NCBI GenBank assembly: GCA_964642015.1 | Contig: CAZXLF010000009.1 | Location: 1,435 to 45,763 of the forward strand | DNA: 44,329 bases | Source: an uncultured Planctomycetia bacterium | GTDB lineage: Bacteria; Omnitrophota; Gorgyraeia; 2-02-FULL-51-18 | Direction: 5' to 3' | In this document: positions 9,401-15,635 of the stretch, piece by piece | How the letters are laid out: every line of letters starts with the position of its first letter | Position numbering within the stretch: the first letter of the stretch is position 1 | Notes under the pieces: generated by a model | Databases searched by the model: none | What the model saw: only the letters and a program-made list of their open reading frames with translations | Told to the model about the DNA's origin: nothing | Translations under genes and position numbers: made by a program

Positions 9401-12365
9401 CGCCTTTCTTCATGACCTCAAAAACTTTTCCATCCCACTCGCCGGATAAAAGCTGGAGTTCATTTTGAATACCTTCAAAAACTCCAATGGACTGCTCTTG
9501 AGGATTTCCTTCCCATGCTGCCGAGGCGTCTTCAGCGTCAGGCATGCGCACTGAAAGATCGGCATTGAGCTGGTTCATGGCCATATTCAACGGATCTGAA
9601 GGGCCGGTGACCTGAAGACCGGGTTTAGCTAAAGGAAAAATATCGGCCGGCACTGGCACATCATTGTTCAGTCTCCAGCTAAATTCGCTGTTGATTCCAA
9701 AAAAATTATCGATCATTCCCTGAAGGATCTGTCTAAAACTGTGGACATTGCCGTCAGCGTCAGTAAAGGTCTGATCCCAATCAGGAAACGCATATTTCTG
9801 TTTGGTTGAAGCTTTGGATTCGAGAAGCTCGCGGCGGGCATTCAATGCGTTGGGTATATCGTCGCCAACAGCATTAGCAAGCTGGGCGATCACTTCGGCT
9901 GGAACTAATGTCTTTCCATTGATAGTTTTATTCTCAAAGAGTCTCGCGTATCGTCTGAGCAAAGAAGGATCAACTTCTACGGAAGCAGACAACCGCGCAC
10001 CAGAAACAGAAGGCCGAAGCGTGAGTTTATTGCCCTGAATTTCCACTTGCACAGGAAATACAAACCGTTCGCCGATAGATTGTGAGGCTTGGATCGTTGC
10101 TGGTACATTCAAAAAATCTATAAAAACAGCCGTCGGAATTCTACCTGTCTGATAAAATTCAATACCGGCGACCACGGGCTTGTCATCGCCTACCTTTAAA
10201 GCAACTAAAGAAGGATGGCCAAATACTTTGTTTGCGCTAATTAATCCCTCTTGTTCTGCTTCTCCTTTGTAAGAAAGTCCTGCTGCTTCTAAAAGTCTGA
10301 AGAAATTTTGTTTTGATTCACCTTCCAAAATAATCGGGAAAATATAACCTTTCGCTGATGGGGAAAAAAACCATCTTCCGTGTCGAGCGTCTGCTTCCAA
10401 ATTAAATTCTTCTGCCAATCTTGCGCCGGTCCGATCTTGACCGCGTCGCTCAGCTCTTTTTTCGGCTCTTTTAAGCTTTTCAAGTCTTATTTCATCGGGA
10501 GATTCAACAGCCATCTGCCGGGTAAGCTCTAATGATTTTCGATTAATATATGCGCGGGTCTCCGCTGATTTTTTTGGTTTTGAATTTTCTTCGGCCATCC
10601 GTGCGCCGGCAAGCGCATATTGCGGAACCGTCTCAACAAGCTTACCTCCAACAGAACCGACGCCGCCGATCCCAGCTGAAGATCCGCCCAGATCCCTTTC
10701 TCGGAGATCTCTAACTAAATAAGTTTTTTCAGGCGTCTCTATTAAAGGAAGGAGCGCGATTTTGTTCTCATCTTTTGAAGAAGATCCGGACAATATTTTC
10801 TCTGAGACGGGTTTTTGGGATAAAAGCAATTTTTCATACCTCTTATGGTTCGTCTCCTGCAAGATCTGAGGGGTTACAACAACATAAGAGATGTTCTTTT
10901 CTCTCAATAAAGCCTTCAAATTCGGGGTGTGATAACCGCCCGTCACAAGGACCGCTTTGGTCTGTTTTTCGGACTCCATCTTAGCCGAAAGATTTTCGAC
11001 GAACGCGCGGTCGCGACTGACTGTCAGTTCATAAAATTCTTCCGCGCGCTTTATGTAATCCTCATAACCATTTTCAAGGAACAATGCACGCTCATAAAAG
11101 GACTTGAGATCCATGATCTTTTTATTCAGAAAACCGGTGATGAACGTGACACCAAATGCATCAGAGTGATCTTTGTAGAACTGAAAGTCTTCCGGTGTCA
11201 TGGTCAGATCGAAAAGATTCTTCAAGGATCTCAGATTATCCGAGCATTGATGCAGGTCTTTTTCATCCGCTGTTCTGATGAGAGCGGAGTAGATCTGGTT
11301 TTCCAGCAATTTCTGCTCGGCCAACATTTCTTTGGGATTGATCTTGTCAGCGGATCTCAGATATTCGAAATACTTTGTAAGTTCCGGATATTGGGGCCCG
11401 TTTTTTTGCTTTTTAACGACTTCTTCAAGAAGGTTATAGAACGCTTTTCCGACTTTGTGATCACGGCTTGAAAATTTAAATGGGGACTTTACTTCCTGGG
11501 AAGCCAACAAAAGCGCCTGAGCATCTTCTTTCGAAGCGGATTCAACTGCTTGGATCTGCTCATCACCGGCCTTTTTGAAATCGATATTTTTCTCTTGCGA
11601 TTTTAATTCCTTAAGCGCGTTTAGGTAAGGAAAATAATCAAGATTGATATCTCTTTTGGAAGCCTCATTGGTCAGCGTGTCAAAATAATCGGTCCAGGAG
11701 ATCTTTTCATTCAAGAATTCATTGCGCTTGTCATCAAATTCCTGAAGCGCCGGATTAAAGATCCGGGGTTTAAGCGTGTCAATTGTTGTACCGATCCTTT
11801 TCAGATAATCCTCGAACTGATCACGGCCTTTGGCGACGGCCTCATAAGAGCTCAGCGCTTTCCAATAAAGCTCTTTATTTTCAACGCCCCAAAGCACGAA
11901 ATGAAGGTTTGAAGTCAGATCAAGATATTCGCTGCCTGAAAGAACGCCTTTTTTAACATAGGAATTGGCAACTTCTGTTCTTTTTTCTAACGAAGCGCTG
12001 TCCCTTAAAAAATCCAGTGAATCGTCGCCTGTGCCGGCTTCTAAAAATACATACTTGATATTTTGGCTCTCAAGGATAGTCTGGATCGCCTTCGAAGAGT
12101 TCAGCTGCCCAGACTCATTGGTATGAGCATCTTGTATAAGAAAAACGGTTTTCGTGGAAGTTTTATTACCAGAACCTGACGCTAAAAACGAATCCTCGAC
12201 CAGCGCTACCGACTGAGGTATCTCAAAATTGATAAGGGGTTTCTGGAAAAAATTGAATTCCGCAGGCCTTAAATCGATAGCCGCATAGGAAACATCATGG
12301 ATAAAGAATGATATTAAAAGGAACGAAGATAAAACTCGCAACGCGGGGTGAATTCTTCTATTCAT
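1..12365 (-). CDS. Giant multi-enzyme polyprotein-like protein (>=4,121 aa, 3' end outside window) with signal peptide and GAR[LM][AS]-delimited modules
   Basis: ATG at 12363-12365 preceded by AGAAGG. The frame reads as continuous protein from MNRRIHPALRVLSSFLLISFFIHDVSYA to ...GFFDLEGRQTRPEPNIPGL at position 3. No terminated ORF in this frame appears in the track, consistent with no internal stop. Confidence 0.93.
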   Translation of the reverse strand, partial: MNRRIHPALRVLSSFLLISFFIHDVSYAAIDLRPAEFNFFQKPLINFEIPQSVALVEDSFLASGSGNKTSTKTVFLIQDAHTNESGQLNSSKAIQTILESQNIKYVFLEAGTGDDSLDFLRDSASLEKRTEVANSYVKKGVLSGSEYLDLTSNLHFVLWGVENKELYWKALSSYEAVAKGRDQFEDYLKRIGTTIDTLKPRIFNPALQEFDDKRNEFLNEKISWTDYFDTLTNEASKRDINLDYFPYLNALKELKSQEKNIDFKKAGDEQIQAVESASKEDAQALLLASQEVKSPFKFSSRDHKVGKAFYNLLEEVVKKQKNGPQYPELTKYFEYLRSADKINPKEMLAEQKLLENQIYSALIRTADEKDLHQCSDNLRSLKNLFDLTMTPEDFQFYKDHSDAFGVTFITGFLNKKIMDLKSFYERALFLENGYEDYIKRAEEFYELTVSRDRAFVENLSAKMESEKQTKAVLVTGGYHTPNLKALLREKNISYVVVTPQILQETNHKRYEKLLLSQKPVSEKILSGSSSKDENKIALLPLIETPEKTYLVRDLRERDLGGSSAGIGGVGSVGGKLVETVPQYALAGARMAEENSKPKKSAETRAYINRKSLELTRQMAVESPDEIRLEKLKRAEKRAERRGQDRTGARLAEEFNLEADARHGRWFFSPSAKGYIFPIILEGESKQNFFRLLEAAGLSYKGEAEQEGLISANKVFGHPSLVALKVGDDKPVVAGIEFYQTGRIPTAVFIDFLNVPATIQASQSIGERFVFPVQVEIQGNKLTLRPSVSGARLSASVEVDPSLLRRYARLFENKTINGKTLVPAEVIAQLANAVGDDIPNALNARRELLESKASTKQKYAFPDWDQTFTDADGNVHSFRQILQGMIDNFFGINSEFSWRLNNDVPVPADIFPLAKPGLQVTGPSDPLNMAMNQLNADLSVRMPDAEDASAAWEGNPQEQSIGVFEGIQNELQLLSGEWDGKVFEVMKKGEKREYRLSKSREERPTTIQRVPGMHLNYPYITINGKPVPAIAIAYALHALNTYGALKQNGSGNYYYQPKMQTPQEALIVAKLLATLEDIMGLKRGEIKIEMLYEEGNAGRFMPVIMWVLRDRLIGSNVGRWDYIGSLIEMWKDEAVWPDPQSINMNSSNLVVYQRINALLNVMAGTKNGEQVNGAPIGGMAAVMLYPNTDSYQRYKNNPKALRAMKIDKLRERLLGLIFVPEDSSVRSATLEDILSGQVKGHIYDAYRQSWVATTDKEYVAAGNGPLRAALNDLQALVNAPEKWTEVDGKRVAPTVASGLIEAERNLFTTLGLLNPQGKIVPWVVTKEKLGSPEKLFNDELWNSLYGVPKGELTIEHIQHEFFMQAQYGYQILNGNYAAAIDDYELGLRFMNDLATYRIFNGHMWTAFNHQAKVTKDGYLKGPVLDPKLGVIPGENRIEIKAGTVLTPEIFKQLWDLHNEWTQAFFAEQDRKGEESRFNRAEADTIMEVLKRQMASSRYLQHSPRVLFVIAKADQKERQDILDAIFAPSREEVVNKVQAGVWSDKVLAAHDYVYDYYPTAKSETVAIGARLATAEVEQFEREVQETDQWLKNSSFNELSLAFNARQVVRMRGALRPEYTTATRAAESMNQILWEKFRSKDQVSTYGPYTSTEAVIQRQQGIEIAYLGGWATSAKGSSREVPGADTASYALSTVPEDGQAIVRAMLQQDAIQRLVRSKMTTEQLEKTPSIDYLPRIIADADNGHGSEHQLMNLVRLFVEAGIGAVHIEDQDKRKVCGHQGGKVLVSTSTHITRLSTAAFQFALMGVPGIIVARTDANEATFLSSNEDGRDHRFILGATRKDVPTYASVTLSVFKRFREKGVNAEELIADKMFGLADSDYRKASTWFDEQNISGAIDEAIATVRSEKNPGGIDSDKALDNAMKKVHEAWVRAAGMKTYGEAVADEMRSRMEKSEKFTMTPEQWLEFVKTAPNNKAARDQARELGIEIFWDWSLPRTVEGYYQITGGVEMSIARGLSFAPYAHLIWRESKEPDLLRVPDDKSEDHHFASAIHAQFPQKRLAQNISPSFNWDAFGFTDQQIKNYNRELGRRGYVFNFTTYGGHQADALAAAQLSRAVKENGAWGVVQVQRGLRLENLPAQRPQEFVGGNLADAKLKAATGLSASTESMGGKSTAAQHKTQVEVPLSTLEGWLNIWAQQNGVQGPLTAEMRPLEIGSDEMSLNVFDKNYRKIASIKFRFVEVRGLDRIIEVTDQETSESFRKKRLMSLVQLFLIYRYKAGTVHYLIPTLDNREATKRMVDAEIFKEDWNESNLNLIAVSVNTEKIQQLVSDKTALQNFITKTPLNGGQPSGARLSSPEEDRVAQNLDRMQDLVRENEFALSQAVGYLSGEISLAEAVKDIKDRNFLNQVAAELVSFKVSGAYRFNEALRLIVQNFLQTNRSEVQQKKAVQQIFKANPDLKENPPTVAWVYDILDKAKKEYESVAGARLAADENEIDILHTELSKWQIKALTPGPEQDLARRMVEDLSKRLAEANASKSEKSSGARLAEKQALIELKADLNNSNVPPVVSIAQIVTTFNAKKKPDQRITRDEVVAELEKYGYSVLSIKEQDTFVTDAWRQKQEGAKVAASSVRPGRSARDTYYRIIDLLDSSKGYQTIAYGNLTVPVAEAKKIAGAEQRYSYLIKVIPLDADKIYHLQSINLPKPHGLTIAIMSAIPNPPPSGGARLSVAARVNAIAPENLTMQDIADLVHTAPLENLVYLGQNPELPNTDAYSIPAESFSYVIYIPKDVDSAPYLRVVKFETQRGTSPVLKGDKTFQKEEIGTVTARYYLKNVIVKLTQASEGARLANQVPAPPKEAQNEYRATAAIPVIEGERVQAIASEQGPVVPQIELPKPISGARLAVEQDKVFNAALRTAIKSDNVAEVERLVVGNTDKATKFYVDNLRTAEYTQTQREIVQNAIYKARNIQPVAIKGEDVVAADKIDVTKLSISGVQSVADIKDKAAKIQKIVELNPIILLVRSATTVDDNLVNQLPRLRYVVRLGHGLDNVTASKDLLTQKGITVIGTKGSARSITAWTLRAIAFAALRGQSSEAATDRAPAKYFFTPGTFLSAVTSKSAGLEESQQRLLKAKAVALFQNIDSNTIRSLNGATVGIIGAGDIGLQIASSAKALKANVRINSRSSESDESARRRLTDAGYSVTTKEQIYRGSTYVILITGLNDTTKGLIDAKAVDALIQNRNLVAVINPDRESLVDESQVWRLLDTRPDVKYIVDEVPVSAQLKRWAIYTPHIGGSTQEAEAGVLQNTDHILSGIFVSNGARLSENANAQFRRFERDFNVEVEKVSSERAGLSSLSIKVTETTSSTPIVIVPANLSSGINPGELAQVVAKRLSANLKGVDAAHVEQQIGYALRPYEQAAESGARLAEGIVPAGLKLAREVGTSFLIGNDIEVTVTNIKGAHSRFTISVEINKKGGITENVKLTEKVPYQVAPGIQLYASRYADGRGRVYPRVRIVAPRDIRILRSELVRGRVSSQLAKEFSQKARYITAFGRPGAGKGTLIGEFISQVNSWLPSNKQYVTLVIGNYFRGIDRIVSNKREPGDEKFEQFVNLISADELARMAKGELLSDESAFKVINAVLALPEYRNAYGIVFDGFPRTSRQLDVLESANKLFINDQPLKLNLYAILDVEESVLFDRVKQRAIDDIAQGKERPDAPIIPGTKGLDLAKFQQIFDARMAEYRNQTSQIVERKRGGVDTLAIKGDVPGLADEENVLEVRQNFMTALAEFLKNRPVVGAIGARLSTEKPNIRDAKEADLIKALEVAGISGTKARQRARQVFAEIRGGRANDKVAFTAAFRRVVSGYPNADEITAKLVEQFSFDTETIPSPKEELISQRNAVSKEIDRLYSQSSAKRAADTKIVRAAQHPVAQILSLSDNAFEALVRSTEERATHTITKNVLVPALKAVRSVALTPELSAKLTEYKSLTAQISATPEGARLAYNLVNSALDKGQISDAVKLLTLYHGELSTSELLRLAQRIKFDYRGPIKIVGKVGGSTISFEAANEYGLLGYRATVNTNEPGDHEAIVVNRIVNAIGQIIQFYGNPDRVSSVYFTAPGFFDLEGRQTRPEPNIPGL
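1011..1770 (-). other. Adenylate/NMP kinase-like module
   Basis: P-loop GRPGAGKGT (1722-1748), MAKGELLSD, IVFDGFPRTSRQ, short LID region ERPD. Confidence 0.85.
1815..2099 (-). other. CsrA-like domain, possibly a tandem single-chain form
   Basis: LKLAREVGTSFLIGNDIEVTVTNIKG ... RVRIVAPRDIRILRSEL matches both ends of CsrA but spans about 95 aa. Confidence 0.62.
2442..3683 (-). other. D-2-hydroxyacid dehydrogenase (SerA/PGDH-like) module
   Basis: LLVRSATTVD, VVRLGHGLDNV, TVGIIGAGDIG (Rossmann), INPDRESLVDE, ITPHIGGSTQEA. Confidence 0.82.
5337..7655 (-). other. Isocitrate lyase module, long ICL2 type with C-terminal acyl-CoA-binding (GNAT-like) domain (773 aa)
   Basis: YLGGWATSAKGS, IIADADNGHG, HIEDQDKRKVCGHQGGKVLV (Cys 7047-7049), VARTDA, TVEGYYQI, NISPSFNW, FTTYGGHQ, and C-terminal RKKRLMSLVQLFLIYRYKAGTVHYLIPT. 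Confidence 0.92.
7671..9986 (-). other. Malate synthase module (772 aa) in giant protein
   Basis: QVTGP, PDAEDA, QRVPGMHL, YQPKMQ, MLYEE, SNVGRWDY, PIGGMAA, FMNDLATYRI; catalytic Arg and Asp equivalents appear retained. Confidence 0.88.
10608..12281 (-). other. N-terminal EreA/ChaN/TraB/TIKI-superfamily-like domain with large helical insert
   Basis: Motif order VFLIQDAH (H 12123-12125), VFLEAG, LWGVE, SRDRAF, AVLVTGGYH (H 10929-10931) mirrors the H/E/R[DN]/GxxH pattern of the superfamily. Confidence 0.55.
12282..12365 (-). other. Sec-type signal peptide of giant protein
   Basis: MNRRIHPALR (basic), VLSSFLLISFFI (hydrophobic), HDVSYA-A (small residues at -3 and -1). Confidence 0.7.
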
Positions 12366-12588
12366 CCAGTTTTTCCTTCTTTAGTTTTGGCAACATAATT
12401 TAAGGGTTTAAATACGAGTTAAAGTAAGTGCGCAAAAAATGATATGTGGAAAATTTACATGATGAAGAATGCCATTTCAAGACGGAAAAAGAGGATTTTT
12501 TGCCGCAGGGAAAAAACTATTAGGAGAGAAATAGAGACGTTCTTTTAAACTTAAAAACGCTTAAATACGCTTAATTAGAAAAATGGGG

Positions 12589-13365
12589 TTAAAAGGCAAG
12601 AATGTGGTAACCGCAGTCAACAAATATGACTTCGCCGGTGATCCCGCGGCTTAATGAGCTGAACAAGAATAAAGCGGTATCACCTACTTCTTCCGGTTCC
12701 GTATTTCGCTTGAGAGGAGCTTTTTCGCGTGCAATTTTTAAAATCTCGGAAAACCCACTTATCCCCCTTGCGGCCAAGGTATTGATGGGACCTGCCGAGA
12801 TAGCATTGACACGGATATTTTTAGAGCCAAGATCATGGGCCAGATATTTGACACTTGATTCGAGAGCGGCTTTAGCCACACCCATCACATTGTAACCGGG
12901 AGCCACGCGCTCTCCGCCAAGGTAAGTCAATGTCGTGATACTTCCGCCGCCTTTTTTTTCCATAAGCGGAGCGAATTTTTGAGCTAAAAATGTTAAAGAA
13001 TATGCGCTTACTCCAAGCGCCGTATCAAATCCATCCTTTTTGGTTTTGGTGTATCCGCCTTCGAGATCCTCTGCTTTAGCATAAGCAATGCAGTGAGCCA
13101 TAAAATCAAGGCCGTGCCAAGATTCGTCGAGTTTTTTTACAACCGCATCGACCTGCGATTCCAGCATCACATCACACGGCAATATAATCGAATTTGGCAA
13201 TGTTCCGGCCAGCTCACGGACATTCTCTTCGAGTCTCTCGCCTTGATAAGTGAATGCTAATTCAGCACCTTCGCGTGAAGCGCTCTGCGCGATCGACCAA
13301 GCGATGCTGCGCTTATTAGCGACCCCCAGGATTAAACCTTTTTTTCCTTCTAATAATTTGGCCAT
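12589..13365 (-). CDS. fabI: Enoyl-ACP reductase
   Basis: GVANKRSIAW, YNVMGVAKAALE, RVNAISAGPI. Confidence 0.97.
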   Translation of the reverse strand: MAKLLEGKKGLILGVANKRSIAWSIAQSASREGAELAFTYQGERLEENVRELAGTLPNSIILPCDVMLESQVDAVVKKLDESWHGLDFMAHCIAYAKAEDLEGGYTKTKKDGFDTALGVSAYSLTFLAQKFAPLMEKKGGGSITTLTYLGGERVAPGYNVMGVAKAALESSVKYLAHDLGSKNIRVNAISAGPINTLAARGISGFSEILKIAREKAPLKRNTEPEEVGDTALFLFSSLSRGITGEVIFVDCGYHILAF

Positions 13366-13368
13366 GGT

Positions 13369-14613
13369 CTATCCTTTGAATTTTTTTACGATGATCGAAG
13401 TGTTGTGTCCGCCGAACCCTAAAGAATTGGAAAGACATGCTTCCACAGAAGTTTTACGAGCAGTGTTCGGAACGTAATCTAGATCGCATTCGGGATCAGG
13501 GCTGGATTGATTGATCGTGGCATGCAGCGTCTGATCTCTGAGAGATAAACAGCAGACAACGAATTCGATACCGCCCGCTGCCCCTAAAGTATGCCCTGTC
13601 ATTGATTTTGTGGAATTGATCGCAAGTTTCTTGGCGTGATCTTTGAATACCGTTTTGATGGCCAAAGTTTCGATCTTATCATTCAATTCGGTTGACGTCC
13701 CATGTGCATTAATATAATCGATTTCTTGTGGGCTCATCTTCGCATCTTTAAGCGCGAGGTTCATGCAATAGGCCGCGCCTTCACCGTCAGGCCTTGGGGC
13801 GGTCATGTGAAAAGCATCTCCGTTCAAGCCGTATCCGACGATCTCGCCATAAATTTTTGCGCCGCGCGCTTTTGCATGCTCCAATTCTTCCAAAATCACG
13901 ATCCCGGCGCCCTCGCCCATCACAAAACCATCTCTTTCCTTATCAAAAGGCCTAGAAGCGGCTTTGGGGTCATCGTTTCTTTTGGATAACGCTTTAAGCG
14001 CGCAAAACCCTCCGATACCCAAAGGAGTGACGCAGCTTTCGGTGCCGCCGGCAACCATGACCTTTGCCTGGCCGTGCTGAATAATACGGAACGCCTCACC
14101 GATCGCGTGCGTGCCTGTCGCGCAAGCCGTAACAACAGCAAGATTCGGGCCCTTGAGGCCTAAAAGAATCGAGATCCAACCAGAAGCCATATTGATGATC
14201 AAAAGCGGGATCATGAACGGCGAAAATTTTTCAGGACCTTTTGTCAAATAAATGGAGTGAGTTTCTTCTATAATACGTAGGCTACCGATGCCGGAACCGA
14301 CCAGAACACCCACTTCGAACGGGTTTTCTTTATTCATGTCAATGCCGGAATCCGCAAACGCTTCTTTTGCCGCCGTTACAGCAAATTGGGCGAATTGCTC
14401 CATGCGCTTGGATTCTTTTAAAGGGATCGTCGCCTTGGGGTCATAACCTTTGACCTCGGCTGCGATGCGGCTTTCGAACTGGTGGGGATCAAAATACGTG
14501 ATTTTGTCGACGCCGCTTTTTCCCGCAAGAAGGGAATTCCAAAAATCGTTAATATTATTACCAATGGGAGTGACGGCTCCGAGGCCGGTCACCACCACCC
14601 GCGGATAAGGCAT
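13369..14613 (-). CDS. fabF: Beta-ketoacyl-ACP synthase II
   Basis: VTACATG, NAHGTST, GHTLGAAG, SNSLGFGGHN. Confidence 0.97.
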   Translation of the reverse strand: MPYPRVVVTGLGAVTPIGNNINDFWNSLLAGKSGVDKITYFDPHQFESRIAAEVKGYDPKATIPLKESKRMEQFAQFAVTAAKEAFADSGIDMNKENPFEVGVLVGSGIGSLRIIEETHSIYLTKGPEKFSPFMIPLLIINMASGWISILLGLKGPNLAVVTACATGTHAIGEAFRIIQHGQAKVMVAGGTESCVTPLGIGGFCALKALSKRNDDPKAASRPFDKERDGFVMGEGAGIVILEELEHAKARGAKIYGEIVGYGLNGDAFHMTAPRPDGEGAAYCMNLALKDAKMSPQEIDYINAHGTSTELNDKIETLAIKTVFKDHAKKLAINSTKSMTGHTLGAAGGIEFVVCCLSLRDQTLHATINQSSPDPECDLDYVPNTARKTSVEACLSNSLGFGGHNTSIIVKKFKG

Positions 14614-14618
14614 AAAAT

Positions 14619-14867
14619 CTATTTGGAGGTCTTCGCAGCCTTTTCTTCGACGTAACGGACCGCTTCACCGACGTTGGTCATTTTTTCCGCATCTTCGTCG
14701 GGTATCTCAATGCCAAACTCTTCTTCCAGTGCCATCACTAGCTCAACCGTGTCAAGCGAATCAGCCCCCAGATCATCCACGAAAGACGCGGAATCCGTGA
14801 CTTCCTCGATCTTGACGCCCAACTGCTCCGCAATGATTGATTTCACCTTCTGTGCAACTTCGGCCAT
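14619..14867 (-). CDS. acpP: Acyl carrier protein
   Basis: [20 protein letters not shown]; AGGAGG RBS. Confidence 0.98.
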   Translation of the reverse strand: MAEVAQKVKSIIAEQLGVKIEEVTDSASFVDDLGADSLDTVELVMALEEEFGIEIPDEDAEKMTNVGEAVRYVEEKAAKTSK

Positions 14868-14879
14868 TGTTCCTCCTTG

Positions 14880-15635
14880 TTACATCACCATTCCGCCATC
14901 AACTGTGATGACTTGACCTGTGATAAAATTGCTCTCGTCCGATGCTAAATAAAGAGCTGTCTTTGCAACATCTATCGGTTTCCCAAAAAAACCGACAGGA
15001 ATCGATTTTAAAATATTTTGCTTAACTTCCTCACTGAGCGCTTGGGTCATCTCAGTATCAATAAATCCCGGGGCTATCGCGTTCACCAACACATTACGGG
15101 ACCCTAATTCCTTCGCGACTGATTTCGTCAGGGCGATGATCCCCGCTTTGCTAGCAGCATAATTGGCTTGCCCGGCATTACCGGTCATACCGATCACAGA
15201 CGCCATGTTGATAATCTTGCCGGAACGCTGCCTCATCATCACCTTCGACGCCGCCCGCATGCAGAGAAAAGTGCCTTTCAAATTCGTGTTAAGCACTTCA
15301 TCCCAATCATCTTCTGACATCCGCACGAACAAACCATCCCGTGTGACGCCGGCATTGTTGACGAGTATATCAACTCGCTCATATTTGTCAAGGGTTTTGT
15401 CCAGAAGTTCAGCGACTTTGGCAACATCTTTCACATCAACCGTAAAACAAAGGGGTTGAAAACCGCCAACCGCTTCAATCTCTTTGGATAGCGCCTCCAA
15501 AAGCTCCTGATTTCTCGCGGTCAAGACCAATTTAGCCCCCTCTTTGGCAAATAAAAGCGCTATTTCTTTACCAATGCCTCGGCTAGCGCCCGTAATAATA
15601 GCGACTTTCCCGTCCAACTTTTTAGTCGATGGCAT
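14880..15635 (-). CDS. fabG: 3-oxoacyl-ACP reductase
   Basis: TGASRGIG, NNAGVTRD, GQANYAASK. Confidence 0.97.
   Translation of the reverse strand: MPSTKKLDGKVAIITGASRGIGKEIALLFAKEGAKLVLTARNQELLEALSKEIEAVGGFQPLCFTVDVKDVAKVAELLDKTLDKYERVDILVNNAGVTRDGLFVRMSEDDWDEVLNTNLKGTFLCMRAASKVMMRQRSGKIINMASVIGMTGNAGQANYAASKAGIIALTKSVAKELGSRNVLVNAIAPGFIDTEMTQALSEEVKQNILKSIPVGFFGKPIDVAKTALYLASDESNFITGQVITVDGGMVM

Larger units (their letters stand above)
408..10607 (-). repeat. 14 dispersed GAR[LM][AS] peptide repeats at module boundaries
   Basis: 10593-10607, 10413-10427, 9987-10001, 7656-7670, 5322-5336, 4920-4934, 4746-4760, 4206-4220, 3846-3860, 3684-3698, 2427-2441, 2121-2135, 996-1010, 408-422; all in the giant frame. 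A degenerate GAKVA lies at 4506-4520. Confidence 0.93.

Noticed and set aside
408-10607. GARLA copies as a CRISPR array or DNA repeat/att site
   Set aside because: Spacing is irregular (about 150 to 2,300 bp) and nucleotides diverge at synonymous positions.
355-11471. Many short ORFs in the track on both strands
   Set aside because: They are antisense or off-frame shadows of the giant minus-strand CDS and show no family motifs.
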